A stretch of DNA of 64,000 nucleotides from Synechococcus sp. (GCA_051439425.1 JBFRWD010000140.1:26309-90308); one strand, 5' to 3'; shown: positions 21,287 to 32,121, counted from the stretch's first letter. Notes: generated from the letters alone by a model not told the origin. A program made the numbers and translations.

Positions 21287-21423
21287 GAGGCTGGGTAAAG
21301 AATTGAACGCAGTGTCTGTTACAGCGATCGGCAATCCGCTATGGAGAGTTTCCTAAGGACTTTTCCTCGCCAATAACTTTTCCTCGCCAATAAAGGATTC
21401 TAGCTGTCTCAACACTCTAGACC

Positions 21424-23457
21424 TTAGAGCGGACTGCTATAGGTCGTGCTGTAACCGCGGGGGGTGATGGGATGGTTGGCATGGATAAAGGTCTTGGAAT
21501 TGCCAATCAACACCGTTGAGAGCATGTCCACTTGAGTGACATCAAAATGTTGTAGTGTCGTCACCACCGTTGTCTCTGAGGGACGAAAAGCAGATTTGAC
21601 GATTGCAACTGGAGTATCGGGTGAACGATGACGGGAGAAAATCTCTCTGGCCGTCGCTAAGCCTTGAGTGCGAGTTCGCGATCGCGGGTTGTACAGTGCC
21701 ACCACAAAATCCGCCGTGGCGGCTGCCTCTAATCGCTGCTCGATGGTCTCCCAGGGGGTGAGTAAATCGGATAGAGAGATGGCACAGAAGTCGTGCATCA
21801 GGGGAGCGCCAACGCGAGCTGCTGCTGCTTGCAAGGCGGTGATCCCCGGAATCACCTCAACCGTGGGAGTTATCCCATCCCATCCGGCACAAGCCAGTTG
21901 TTCCATAACCAGGCCCGCCATACCGTAAATACCGCAATCTCCAGAAGAAATAACGGCAACCGATAGGCCGCGATTCGCGAGTTCAATCGCTGTCTTGGCC
22001 CGCTGAACTTCTTGAGTGATCGGGCTAGCTCGGACGATTTGCTGGGGGGTCAGTAGCGGGGCAATTAAATCGAGATAGAGCTGGTAACCAACCACGACAT
22101 CTGCTTTCGCGATCGCTGCTCGCGCCGCTGGGGCAATTAAACTCAGCGATCCTGGACCCATCCCGACTAGGTGCAACGCTCCGCAGCGATCGCTATATTC
22201 TCGAGCGGCGCGGGCGATTGCTACCGTACAGGCGGCTCCATCCACGCGACTGGACCGTTTCTCCGCAATTAGAGTCGTGGTCGAGGCTGCCAGCAATGCA
22301 GCGGCTTCCGCGACTGATGGAGTTCCGACAGCGTGCTCCACAATGGACGAGGGATTTGGCACCGATACTGTTTTGAGGGCATCAGCTCTATGCCAAACGA
22401 TCGGCCACTGATATCTCTCGGCTAGTTCTACTAACCCTATTTCGTCGCGTTTGATATCGATTGACGTCAATCCGGCGATCGCCTCCCACGCCAGGTTGTG
22501 TTGTTGCAGGCAGGTGCGAATGGCGGTTTCGATGGTTGTCGCCGAGGTGCCTCGTTCGCATCCCACTCCAATCCACAGAGTGCGCGGATGCCAGCAGGCG
22601 TAGGGCCTAGGAAGGTTAGTCGGTGGTTGGCGATCGGAGATCCAGAGGGTGGCGGCTGGAGATGGCTGACTGTCGGAGCAACGATCCCAAACCAAGAACG
22701 GGTGGACTGGTGGGAGGCGATCGCGCCAGATATCCCAACCACAGGTTTGGATAACCGCCACGGATTGCGAGAATCCGACGTCCTCAGCCTTTGAACCGGC
22801 AGCTCTGGCATCAGAAATCTTGTTACCAGCAGTTCTAACAATGGCGCTGGCAACATCGGTCCAGTTCCCTGCTCCCCGCTGCCATCCCATCGGCTCTCCG
22901 AGAGTGTCAATGGCAGGTAGCTGATACGCCGTCGCTCCCGAAGAAATGACAGGAGTGGTATCGAGTAAAGTAGAGACTATGTTTGCCAGTTCATCCCCTC
23001 CTGCGACGTGCCCACCGCATAACGAGATGGCAAATTGTCCGTTCTCATCAATAGCGACTACCGCAGGGTCGGAGTGCTTATCTTCCAGTAACGGTGCGAT
23101 CAGTCGAACAATCGCACCAGTCGCCAGAATGCAGATTAATGCGTCAGCAGAGGCCCACAATGTCTGGAACAAGGTTGCGAGCGGGCCGCTGTACAGTCGA
23201 ACGTCCCTCTCGAGGTTAGGAGACAGTTCGCCAGCACCGTTATCTCTCCTGCTGCTACTGTCGCTGCCGGCGTTTAGTTTGTCCTCAGTGACTTCAGAGT
23301 TTGCAGATTCAGAGTTTGCTGAATAAGTCTCTGGACTAGAATCCTTTGTCCAAATTGTTGCATTGGCCAAACCCGCTCGCAGCCGCCGAGCGATCGCGAC
23401 CGCTGCATGCGTAGGGGCAATAATGGCGATCGCAGAATTTGCTAGAGATAGGGGCAT
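21424..23457 (-). CDS. cobJ: CbiG-CobJ(CbiH) fusion, precorrin-3B C17-methyltransferase
   Basis: CbiG motifs (DPAVVAID, GVGCERG, SVAEAAA) followed by VGMGPG, SSGDCGIYGMAG, HDFCAISLSDLLTPW, YNPRS. Confidence 0.93.
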   Translation of the reverse strand: MPLSLANSAIAIIAPTHAAVAIARRLRAGLANATIWTKDSSPETYSANSESANSEVTEDKLNAGSDSSSRRDNGAGELSPNLERDVRLYSGPLATLFQTLWASADALICILATGAIVRLIAPLLEDKHSDPAVVAIDENGQFAISLCGGHVAGGDELANIVSTLLDTTPVISSGATAYQLPAIDTLGEPMGWQRGAGNWTDVASAIVRTAGNKISDARAAGSKAEDVGFSQSVAVIQTCGWDIWRDRLPPVHPFLVWDRCSDSQPSPAATLWISDRQPPTNLPRPYACWHPRTLWIGVGCERGTSATTIETAIRTCLQQHNLAWEAIAGLTSIDIKRDEIGLVELAERYQWPIVWHRADALKTVSVPNPSSIVEHAVGTPSVAEAAALLAASTTTLIAEKRSSRVDGAACTVAIARAAREYSDRCGALHLVGMGPGSLSLIAPAARAAIAKADVVVGYQLYLDLIAPLLTPQQIVRASPITQEVQRAKTAIELANRGLSVAVISSGDCGIYGMAGLVMEQLACAGWDGITPTVEVIPGITALQAAAARVGAPLMHDFCAISLSDLLTPWETIEQRLEAAATADFVVALYNPRSRTRTQGLATAREIFSRHRSPDTPVAIVKSAFRPSETTVVTTLQHFDVTQVDMLSTVLIGNSKTFIHANHPITPRGYSTTYSSPL

Positions 23458-23516
23458 GCGTGGCGGAGAACTAGAGGGATATATTCGCCTCAAACCTTAG
23501 CCCAAGAATGTGCGCT

Positions 23517-24035
23517 CTACCCTAGAGAAAAAATTGCCGATAGAGTGCTGCTGGTCCAGCTGAGGGCAACAAACCCTCCCACAAACGTGAGGGGAACAAT
23601 CCAAATTAAGCGTTGCCAGGGAACATCAAGGGCGATCGCTGTAGCCCGTAGCTCCCAGACCACAAACCAAACCAATGCTGCCAACCCGGCTAAAGCCCCC
23701 AGCGAGCCCCCCAATGCCTGAGCAGGAGCAATAAATACCCACGGAAGTCCGCCAAAGGCGATCAGTACTAAGACCGTATCGAAGCGTGGATCGAGATTGA
23801 AACTGTACGCTAGCCCGCGCAGCAGAGCCCCAAGAATGACCCAGCCCAGCAATCCGGCGACAGCAGCCAACACCAATGTGAACGGGTTAAATCCTCCCTG
23901 CCGTCCAGCATCCAATGCATTTAGCAAAATTGTGATCGCTCCGGCTTGCCAGATAGGAGGATTTTCCCGCAAGTTGCGAAAGGTCCGGTCTGGGAAAAAA
24001 TAAGCACCGTAGATGTTATCCAGCAGGGCTTCCAT
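23517..24035 (-). CDS. Yip1-domain membrane protein
   Basis: YGAYFFPDRTF followed by 4-5 TM segments, with GLPW motif. Confidence 0.7.
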   Translation of the reverse strand: MEALLDNIYGAYFFPDRTFRNLRENPPIWQAGAITILLNALDAGRQGGFNPFTLVLAAVAGLLGWVILGALLRGLAYSFNLDPRFDTVLVLIAFGGLPWVFIAPAQALGGSLGALAGLAALVWFVVWELRATAIALDVPWQRLIWIVPLTFVGGFVALSWTSSTLSAIFSLG

Positions 24036-24104
24036 AAACGGGGATCCTCACTCGGGCCAGAACTACGTCAGAATCTCGGGTCGGGTTGCTTCAGCAAAGC
24101 GATC

Positions 24105-24172
24105 GCTTCAACGTTCGACTGCTTCAACGTTCACCAGCTTCAACGTTCGACTGCTTCAACGCTCGACTGCTT
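24105..24172. repeat. 16-bp tandem repeat GCTTCAACGTTCGACT, about 4 copies
   Basis: Units start at 24105, 24121, 24137, 24153, with a partial unit at 24169. Confidence 0.85.
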
Positions 24173-24290
24173 TCACGATAGCGCGGCAATCGGGCAGGGG
24201 ATAGCGGTATCCGGGATCCTTGCAGTATCTCCCTCTGTAGTCTGTGATGGCTTGGCACTCCATTCGCCACTGTCGCCCTATCGCCACAGC

Positions 24291-25940
24291 TTATTCGGTG
24301 GTCTGGGTTGCCACCGCCTGGCTAGCTTCTGACTGACTCGACTGGGGGATTTGTGTTTGAGATTTCTGAGTGGGGGACTGCTCGGTCAGGCGGTGAGTAA
24401 GGTGGCATTGACCACCGTTGGTGGGGCGATAGTTGAAGGTGGCTCGAACGTTGCGCGGAACGGCTACAGCAAAGTGATACTCCTGCTTGTTGGGTTCGTC
24501 GCCGAAGAGGACATCGAGCTTGGAGAGCAGTACAGCCAGAGTCAGCTTGATGGTGTACTGGGCAAATACCTGGCCGATACAGGCCCGCTTGCCACGTCCA
24601 AAGGGGAAAAAGTAGCTGCTGCCAAACGGATTTGCCTCGATTGTGGCTCGATCCCAGCGTTCGGGTTTGAACTGCTCGGGATTGTCCCAATGGGAGGAAT
24701 GCCGCTGCAGGAACCAGCTATTGATAAACAGTTGTGTATTGGCTGGGATTTCAAACTCTCCCAACGTGATGGATTTGTCCGGGCACACGTTGCGGGTGAA
24801 GAAGGGAACGGCGGGAAACAGCCGTAGAGCTTCGCGCATGACCTGTTCTAATGGCAGGCAGTTGTTGAGGCGATCGTAGGTGAGCGGTACCACCATTAAT
24901 TCATCCAGCGCCTGCTGCAGCACCATCATCTGGTCTGGGTGTTGCCACAGAAGATGAAGGGCATTGACAATCGCACTGGGAACGGACACGGCTCCCCCCG
25001 GATAAATTCCGGCACAATAATCCCTCAGTTGCCGCTCGGTAAAGTTTCCACTGCTGTACTCCCTAATCCACTGCAGCATTGATTGTGTTGAGGAGCCCGC
25101 TTGGGCATCTTGCGCCACGCGATCGAACAGGGAATACCACTTCTGACTGGCCTGACGGTATTGCTTGTCCCGTGGCTCGGTAGGAATAGCCCAGTTTCCT
25201 AGGGTTGTGGAGAGAGACATCCGTTGGGTGCCAGCATTGCACATAACGACAAATTGCTCGTAAACCTCGGGGGGGAAGATGCGCCCGTTGACCGCCAGGG
25301 AAAACCCGTCAAACGTTATCTTTTGCAGGGTTTCGTAAGCGGTTAATGGCCCCAGTTCCGATTGGCCTACTAGCTCGGCCGCACGGGTTTCCAGGAGTTC
25401 TTGGAGGGGATGAACCTGCGAGCTGAGCCAGTCTTCAAAATAGGGTTGATTGAACGGATCTTTGTCTGACAATCGAGTCCAGGTTTTGCCAGCATCGCGA
25501 GCAATAAACGGACTGTTATCCGTCAGCATGGGAAGCAATGCTTTGCGGGGTAGGTTTTTATAAAAATCGGCTTGGTTCGTGGGGAGAAAACGGTGGACGG
25601 GACAACGACTGGAGGCTTTGGGCGGAGGCTCGCTCTGCCCAGAGGGAGGTTCGCCGACTACGTGTGGCTTCTCCGTATGGGTCAGTTCTTCTGCATCGAG
25701 CAAAACATGGGCGATCGCCTCCGGATCGTTAAGCACAACGGAGGGCTTCGATCCGAGCCACATCACTGAAATTGGGCCATATTCTTTGGCATAGCGGCCC
25801 AACACTCTCCATAACGGTTCACCTGATGTTAAGTCCAGTAAGTTTCCCAATGGGAATTGGGGGGCTGGGCCAGGAATATCGGCCAGTCCCTTGTACTTTT
25901 TGGCATGGATGCTACGAAATAGTGAGGTGAGGAGTGACAC
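24291..25940 (-). CDS. Cytochrome P450 with atypical I-helix
   Basis: EALR (ExxR), FKPERW, FGRGKRACIG heme-Cys motif, IPGP..PLGNL hinge. Start uncertain (GTG 25940 chosen; ORF open to 26147). Confidence 0.9.
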   Translation of the reverse strand: MSLLTSLFRSIHAKKYKGLADIPGPAPQFPLGNLLDLTSGEPLWRVLGRYAKEYGPISVMWLGSKPSVVLNDPEAIAHVLLDAEELTHTEKPHVVGEPPSGQSEPPPKASSRCPVHRFLPTNQADFYKNLPRKALLPMLTDNSPFIARDAGKTWTRLSDKDPFNQPYFEDWLSSQVHPLQELLETRAAELVGQSELGPLTAYETLQKITFDGFSLAVNGRIFPPEVYEQFVVMCNAGTQRMSLSTTLGNWAIPTEPRDKQYRQASQKWYSLFDRVAQDAQAGSSTQSMLQWIREYSSGNFTERQLRDYCAGIYPGGAVSVPSAIVNALHLLWQHPDQMMVLQQALDELMVVPLTYDRLNNCLPLEQVMREALRLFPAVPFFTRNVCPDKSITLGEFEIPANTQLFINSWFLQRHSSHWDNPEQFKPERWDRATIEANPFGSSYFFPFGRGKRACIGQVFAQYTIKLTLAVLLSKLDVLFGDEPNKQEYHFAVAVPRNVRATFNYRPTNGGQCHLTHRLTEQSPTQKSQTQIPQSSQSEASQAVATQTTE

Positions 25941-26097
25941 AAGCGATCCTAGAGTGACAGCAATTTTCCAAATTTCATATCTGTGACGGTGGAATATAAA
26001 TTCGGAACGCGAGGCAAGTGTTATGACAGATTTTGATGTCAAAAAACATATAAATAAATGGCCGGAATTGACGAGCGCAAGCAATGCAAGAAACGGC

Positions 26098-26130
26098 AGC
26101 GATGGATGAACCCTTGGTTCATCCATCGCT
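26098..26130 (-). terminator. Perfect 15-bp hairpin downstream of the hybrid kinase gene
   Basis: AGCGATGGATGAACC-CTT-GGTTCATCCATCGCT; only a weak U-tract on the minus strand. Confidence 0.55.
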
Positions 26131-26279
26131 AGTCCCAAACAGAGCACCCACTGACGTCAGGCCAAGTGAGGGACAGCGAACACTCTCTCTGAATGACATG
26201 GAAAACCCTACCGTTATGCCATGGCTACCGATCGGGCAACAGGGCTGATGCACGCATCTGCAATCGGGGTTACTAGGGG

Positions 26280-29200
26280 TTATTCAGTATCTTCTGGAGG
26301 CTCGTCGGTATTGGTTGCAGCCATCGGCAACTGCACGGTGAACGTAGTGTTTCCAGGTACAGACTGGAACGAGATCGTACCCCGATGCTTGTCGACAATT
26401 TTCTTGACAATATCTAAGCCCAACCCACTCCCCTCTCCGGGAGGTTTAGTGGTGAAAAAGGGTTTAAAGATATCGGCCTGAACATCGTCTGGAATTCCAG
26501 CTCCGCTGTCCGTGATTTGGACTTGAATGCAAGAATTCACCTGGGTAATTCCCACAGTTAACGTACCCCGATAATCCATAGCTTGTAGCGCGTTATGAAT
26601 TAAATTTGTCCACACCTGGCTGAGCTCATCAAAGTAGCAAGGTATGGGCGGTACATCGACATAATTTCGAACGATCGTCACTCCATGTTTGATCTGATTG
26701 TGATACAGAGTTAGAACCGCTTCTAAACCATCGGTAACTTGGGCCACAGCGGCATTTTCTCGATAGTCATGTCGGGCATATGTTTTTAGCGCAAAAATAA
26801 TCTTGGCGGCTCGATCGCCGGCGGTCTGAATATCTCGTGTGCTCTCCCACACCCGCGTCCAATGTCGCACCATCTTGACAAAGGGGATGCAATCTTGAGA
26901 GCAAAAGAGCGGTAGAAAGACATACAACTCGTCATCAATTTCGCCGTAGATATTAATATCTAGCAACAGACTGGCAAGCTGGTCAGCACTAGGTACCCCG
27001 TTCTCATCTAAATCGGTTTTTAGACGCTTCCGAGTCCGACGTCGCTCGCGACCGGAGAGAATGGCCGGTGGATCGAGCGCTTTCGCCAGTAATTGTTTGA
27101 ATAGCTGTTCTCGCTCGGGAGTCAAGCTACCAAAAAACGCGGGCTGGTCGTAGAGCGTATTCTCCAGAAAATTACTGATGTACTGGACTGAAGAGCGAAT
27201 CGCCCCCATCGGCGTGTTGATTTCGTGGGCAATTCCGGCGACTAGCTGACCGAGTGCTGCCATTTTCTCGGACTGCACCAGCCCCTCTTGAGTGCGTTGA
27301 AGCTCGGCCAAAGTATTGGACAGCTCTTGGGTTCGCTCGTCGACTTTTTGCTCTAGGTTGGCATACAGACTGGCTTGGTCGATCGCGATCGCAGCTTGTC
27401 CCGAGAGCAATTGCAGCACCTTCAGTCGCTCCGGGGTAAATGCACCCACCGTCAAATTATTTTCCAAATACAGAATGCCGCTGAGTTGCCGCTGATTGAG
27501 CAATGGGGCGCAGAGGATGGATTTTGACTGATGCTCCTGGACGTAGGGATCGGTGGTGAAATTTCCCGACTGGGTGGCATTTTGCAGCACGACGCTCTCT
27601 TGGGTGCGCTGTACGAAATTGAGCAGGCTTTGGGGGAGGCGGTTGTGGTGGGATAGCGATTGCAGAACCGTTTCTTCGTGGGTGTCCACATTACAGGAGG
27701 CCTCGATGGCAAACTGGCCATCTCGCTCCAGTAACAGCAACCCCACCTGGGCACCCGCACTTTTGACCAAAATTTGGATCAGAGTGATGAGTAGCTTGTC
27801 GAGGACAATTTCGCTGGAGATCGCCTGAGAAGCTTGTAACACAGCTTCTAAATCGAGAACGCGATCCCCACTGACCTGTGTCGTGGAGGCTTGTAAGGTA
27901 GCGCCCACCGTAATAGGACAGGCGTCGATCGGTCTGCCGAGATCGCTATCCTCCCAAGCCGTTTCTCGTCTCTGTATTTGGCGACGGGCATGTGTGCCCC
28001 TAGAGAGGGCTGCCGAGATCGATACCAATTGTGGGTGGCGGCCCTCTAGCTGCTGGACTTTCTCCGTTGCCCCCCATTGGTAATAGTTGAAGTAGGCCTC
28101 CTGGAGATACACTCGCCCAAATTGCTCGCGACCCCTGGATAGGTAATGGCTGGCAGCGAGTTCGTTGGCGAGGGCTTCTTCGTGGACGTAACCATTGGTC
28201 TTTGCGGCAGCGATGGCGCGATCGTAAGATTCTCCAGCCCGATCGATGTGGCCGAGTACCCGATGGCGCTCGGCCTCCACCAGCTCGTACTTGTGTTGAT
28301 GGTTATTGGGAGCATGGTTGGCCCATTGTTTCAGTTGCTGTTGATTGCGCTCAACTTGCTCTAATAAGGTCTGGCGATCGGGAATGGCAGGCTCTTTGCC
28401 AGTGGCCTCTTCGACAACTACGTCTCGATCGATGAACTCTTCGCTGCCTATACTTTCACCGGCTAAACGATCTGGGGAGGCGGTAACGCGCTCGCACAGG
28501 GCTAACAGAGTCAGTGATTCGTAGAAGTTCAACTGAGCGACGGTTGCTGCCGCAATCATGCCGTCTTCATTGGCATGGGCTTGCCGAGCACTTTGGTATG
28601 CGGTCTCGTAATCTTGCAGGAGATAATTGACAAAGCACTTGTGCACGTAGAAGAACGCCATTGCCAGCTTGTTTTGCACGCTGTCAACAATCACATCGGT
28701 TTCATTCAGATACTCGCCGTTTAGTTGACTGCAATCGTCGGAATGACCCAGCAGGTTGGCAACCACCTGTTGGTAGATGCGCAGGTACAGCAAACAGGCA
28801 GACTGTTGCAAATCGGCGATCGTCTCGTGAAACTCCTGCATGCGGGCCGCCAGCCGCCGCAGTCCTTGCCCGGTGAACAGCGCATGCATGGCTTCCCAGC
28901 ACAGGCAATAGCAGGCGTATTCCAAATCGCCTGTTTCCAAACCAGCTTGGAACCCAGAGTGTAATTCGGAGATCGTGTTACTGAGGGGTTCTGTCCAGTG
29001 GCGCACAAAGGCATTAAAGACAAACATCACTCGGCTCTTGCAGTCTTTGGCCCCAAATTTTTCCACCACCGCTTGAGCCAACTGCCCGAACTGATAACCT
29101 GCAGCAATATCTCCGGTTACTCCGCACAGAATAATGCCGTAGCAGTCGTAGGCAAACGCCGACTCGGCAGTGTTACCGTACTGAATCGATAACTCGATTT

Positions 29201-32024
29201 GTTTGAGGTCACTCAGGATAAAGTGACCGATGGATGCTTGGTAGCCTGACGATAGCAACTCCGACAGAATTTGCATCGCCGCGAGTTTCTCCACCGCATT
29301 CATGCTGGGGCTCTCGAGGAGAGAATAAACCTTGGTGTCTACTCTGAGCTGGGCCACCTCAGATAGCTCGCGTTCGATATTGGGTTGAGAGTTTTCTGGC
29401 AGCTCGACCCCCAATCGAGTCAAAATGTCTAAACCAATCGAGATGGCTTCCAGATGCAAGTTGTGGGCAATCTTGGCCAAAATCTGGACTCGCGATACAT
29501 TGACGCAGTCCAAAACCGATTGAGCGTTGCCTTCCACAATCGCCGCCAGTTCTTCTACGCGATTGAAGTCGTGGTTGAGATAGGCCACCTCTATCGCTTC
29601 GTCATGTAGGGCTAAGGTGAGGGTGTAATCGTTGTTCCAGCCAGAGTCCCCCATTAACTCCAATCCCGTGTTTAAGTAACGGGCAGCGGCTTGATACGCG
29701 GTTGCAGATTTGGCTTTCTTGCCCCCCCGCAGGTTTAACTTGGCTAATGTCAGGTACTCGCCCCGCTCGGGATTGTCTGGCGAGAGGATAAGAGGAATAG
29801 CATGGTTGAGGTGGTCGAGGACCTCAAACAGCCGACTCGATAACGTTTTGGGTGGCATCTGCTTGAGCAGCAAGCGGCCAATGTTGAGGTGCACGGTTGT
29901 ACGTCGAGCGCTCGCAATGGTGGCGTAAGCAGCCTGCTGAATCCGATCGTGCTCGAAGCGGAAGCGATCGATGGTCAGTTCGGAATTGAGGGTGGATAGA
30001 GTGACCACCAGTCCCATGCGAATGGCATGAGTTAAGTTCTCAAACGTCTCCTGTCGCGATCGCTCGCAGGCGATCGCCAGCGTATCGAGGTCGAATTGCG
30101 CTCCGATGCAAGCGGCCAAACGCAAAGCCTCTTGTGCATCTGCCGGTAATTGCTGCAGGCGACCGATGAGTAGATCGACGACATTATCCGTTAAGTCTTT
30201 GGCTCGAATGCGCTCGATATCCCATTCCCACTGTCGCGATTCGGGACTGTAATGCAACAGGCTCTCGTCATGCAGCCGCTTCAGGAATTCGTTCACAAAA
30301 AACGGGTTGCCTTCTGTCTTTTGCCTCACCAGGCCAGCCAGAGATTCCACTTGCTCGATGGATCTCCCCACGGTATCGGCCACTAATTCACCCAGATGCT
30401 GCTGTGACAGGGGGTGCAACGTGATGCTGCCGATGGCAATCTGTTTGGCTTCCAGACGATCGATCAGGGCAGAAAACGGGTGGGTGGGGCCGACTTCGTT
30501 ATTTCGATAGGCGCAAATCACCAAAAAATGTTTGAGTTGGCGATCGCGCATGGTCCGTTCCAGCAGGCGCAAGCTGGCAGAATCTGCCCATTGCAAGTCA
30601 TCCAAGAACAGAACCAGCGGATGGTCAAAATCGCAGCACACCCGAATGAAGTTTTGGAACACCAGATTGAACCGGTTTTGAGCCTCGGTGGGGCCGAGTT
30701 TGGGTACGGGGGGCTGTTCCCCCACAATTAATTCGATTTCGGGGATCACCTCTGCAACGACGCCACCATTGGGGCCGAGGGCCGTGGCTAGGCGATCGCG
30801 CCAGCGATCGAGCCGCTCTTCGCTTTCGGTCAGTAATTGTTTGACCAAATCTTTGAACGCATCAATGACTGCAGAATAGGGAACATCCCGCTGGTACTGG
30901 TCGTATTTTCCGGCAATAAAATAGCCTCTCCGCTCGGTAATGGGCTTGTGAATTTCCGCCACTAGCGAGGATTTTCCGACTCCCGAATACCCCGCTACCA
31001 GCATCAGCTCGCTACAAGCATTTCCCCGTTGGTTAACCCGCTCGAACGCTTGCAGCAGAGTGACTTGCTCTCCTTCGCGACCGTACAGTCGTTGAGGCAT
31101 CTGAAAGCGATTGGAAAAATCGTGAGTCCCCCACCGAAATTCTGGAATAGAGTCTTGCTCTTGCAAGTATTGCCAACAGCACTCTAAATCGGCCTGAAGT
31201 CCGAAGGCACTCTGGTAGCGCTCCTCGGCTGTTTTCGCCATCAACTTGAGGATGATGTGCGACAGCATGTCCGGGATTTTGGGAGACACCGCGTGGGGGG
31301 GGACGGGCTGGTGCGCGATATGGCAGTGAACGAGCGCTAGCGGGTCAGTGGCTGTAAACGGTAACTTGCCGGTGAGTAATTCGTAAAATGTCACCCCTAA
31401 AGAGTAAAAATCAGTCCGGTAATCGAGAACGCGATTCATCCGCCCGGTTTGTTCGGGGGAAATGTAGGCCAAGGTCCCTTCCAGAACGCGCGGGTTTTTA
31501 ATGCTGGGGTTTTCCCGACTGAGCTGAGTGGCGATTCCAAAATCAATCAGCTTGACTCGACCACTAGCAGGATTGAACAGGATATTGCTGGGGTTAATGT
31601 CTTTGTGGATGATGCTGCGATGATGAACCTGACCTAGCACCCCTGCCAGTTGAATGGCTAAGGAGAGGAAAGTTCTCAGGGGAAGAGCTTTGTTGAGATA
31701 GAGCTCTTTCAGCGAGCGCCCGTCAATGTCTTCCAGCAGGATGGCATAGGTGCGTTGGTAGGGCTCTAGTCCGAAGACATTAATGACCCCTTCCACATCG
31801 GCTAAGCTGCGGGTGATCTCGTATTCCTGGCGATAGCGGGTGAGTTCTGCTGCGCTGGGATAGTCTTCTTTCAAAATTTTGACTACCACCACCGGACGCT
31901 CCCGATCGGAGGAGCCACTATTAGGGAGGACGCCATCGTCATCGGGAATAGCGCGAAACACCATAGAGTTAGCGCTGTCATAGATTTGCTCTAGAAGATG
32001 GCAATCAGCAACGGTTCCAATCAT
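26280..32024 (-). CDS. Hybrid Ser/Thr kinase - AAA ATPase - GAF - histidine kinase (HstK type)
   Basis: HKDINPSN and DFG, Walker A GYSGVGKS and LFLDDLQWAD, GAF (LYLENN), AHEINTP, GSGLGL. Confidence 0.95.
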   Translation of the reverse strand: MIGTVADCHLLEQIYDSANSMVFRAIPDDDGVLPNSGSSDRERPVVVVKILKEDYPSAAELTRYRQEYEITRSLADVEGVINVFGLEPYQRTYAILLEDIDGRSLKELYLNKALPLRTFLSLAIQLAGVLGQVHHRSIIHKDINPSNILFNPASGRVKLIDFGIATQLSRENPSIKNPRVLEGTLAYISPEQTGRMNRVLDYRTDFYSLGVTFYELLTGKLPFTATDPLALVHCHIAHQPVPPHAVSPKIPDMLSHIILKLMAKTAEERYQSAFGLQADLECCWQYLQEQDSIPEFRWGTHDFSNRFQMPQRLYGREGEQVTLLQAFERVNQRGNACSELMLVAGYSGVGKSSLVAEIHKPITERRGYFIAGKYDQYQRDVPYSAVIDAFKDLVKQLLTESEERLDRWRDRLATALGPNGGVVAEVIPEIELIVGEQPPVPKLGPTEAQNRFNLVFQNFIRVCCDFDHPLVLFLDDLQWADSASLRLLERTMRDRQLKHFLVICAYRNNEVGPTHPFSALIDRLEAKQIAIGSITLHPLSQQHLGELVADTVGRSIEQVESLAGLVRQKTEGNPFFVNEFLKRLHDESLLHYSPESRQWEWDIERIRAKDLTDNVVDLLIGRLQQLPADAQEALRLAACIGAQFDLDTLAIACERSRQETFENLTHAIRMGLVVTLSTLNSELTIDRFRFEHDRIQQAAYATIASARRTTVHLNIGRLLLKQMPPKTLSSRLFEVLDHLNHAIPLILSPDNPERGEYLTLAKLNLRGGKKAKSATAYQAAARYLNTGLELMGDSGWNNDYTLTLALHDEAIEVAYLNHDFNRVEELAAIVEGNAQSVLDCVNVSRVQILAKIAHNLHLEAISIGLDILTRLGVELPENSQPNIERELSEVAQLRVDTKVYSLLESPSMNAVEKLAAMQILSELLSSGYQASIGHFILSDLKQIELSIQYGNTAESAFAYDCYGIILCGVTGDIAAGYQFGQLAQAVVEKFGAKDCKSRVMFVFNAFVRHWTEPLSNTISELHSGFQAGLETGDLEYACYCLCWEAMHALFTGQGLRRLAARMQEFHETIADLQQSACLLYLRIYQQVVANLLGHSDDCSQLNGEYLNETDVIVDSVQNKLAMAFFYVHKCFVNYLLQDYETAYQSARQAHANEDGMIAAATVAQLNFYESLTLLALCERVTASPDRLAGESIGSEEFIDRDVVVEEATGKEPAIPDRQTLLEQVERNQQQLKQWANHAPNNHQHKYELVEAERHRVLGHIDRAGESYDRAIAAAKTNGYVHEEALANELAASHYLSRGREQFGRVYLQEAYFNYYQWGATEKVQQLEGRHPQLVSISAALSRGTHARRQIQRRETAWEDSDLGRPIDACPITVGATLQASTTQVSGDRVLDLEAVLQASQAISSEIVLDKLLITLIQILVKSAGAQVGLLLLERDGQFAIEASCNVDTHEETVLQSLSHHNRLPQSLLNFVQRTQESVVLQNATQSGNFTTDPYVQEHQSKSILCAPLLNQRQLSGILYLENNLTVGAFTPERLKVLQLLSGQAAIAIDQASLYANLEQKVDERTQELSNTLAELQRTQEGLVQSEKMAALGQLVAGIAHEINTPMGAIRSSVQYISNFLENTLYDQPAFFGSLTPEREQLFKQLLAKALDPPAILSGRERRRTRKRLKTDLDENGVPSADQLASLLLDINIYGEIDDELYVFLPLFCSQDCIPFVKMVRHWTRVWESTRDIQTAGDRAAKIIFALKTYARHDYRENAAVAQVTDGLEAVLTLYHNQIKHGVTIVRNYVDVPPIPCYFDELSQVWTNLIHNALQAMDYRGTLTVGITQVNSCIQVQITDSGAGIPDDVQADIFKPFFTTKPPGEGSGLGLDIVKKIVDKHRGTISFQSVPGNTTFTVQLPMAATNTDEPPEDTE

Positions 32025-32121
32025 TGATGTAGAGGGTGATGGGGAATAACGGTTGGTAAACCAAGGAATAAGTAATAGACGCGTTTGAGGGGGTGAAGGA
32101 AATTATTCTTTCGAACAGATG

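Noticed and set aside
21218..21393. Short tandem duplications (TCCTGTAGTCA x2; CTTTTCCTCGCCAATAA x2)
   Set aside because: Two-copy slippage-type repeats between convergent genes with no evidence of function.
24105..24172. Possible mini-CRISPR array
   Set aside because: The units are contiguous 16-mers without spacers, and there are no cas genes.
25941..26147. Extended hydrophobic N-terminus of the P450 ORF as a membrane anchor
   Set aside because: It spans a perfect hairpin and an AT-rich promoter-like stretch, so it is probably untranslated.
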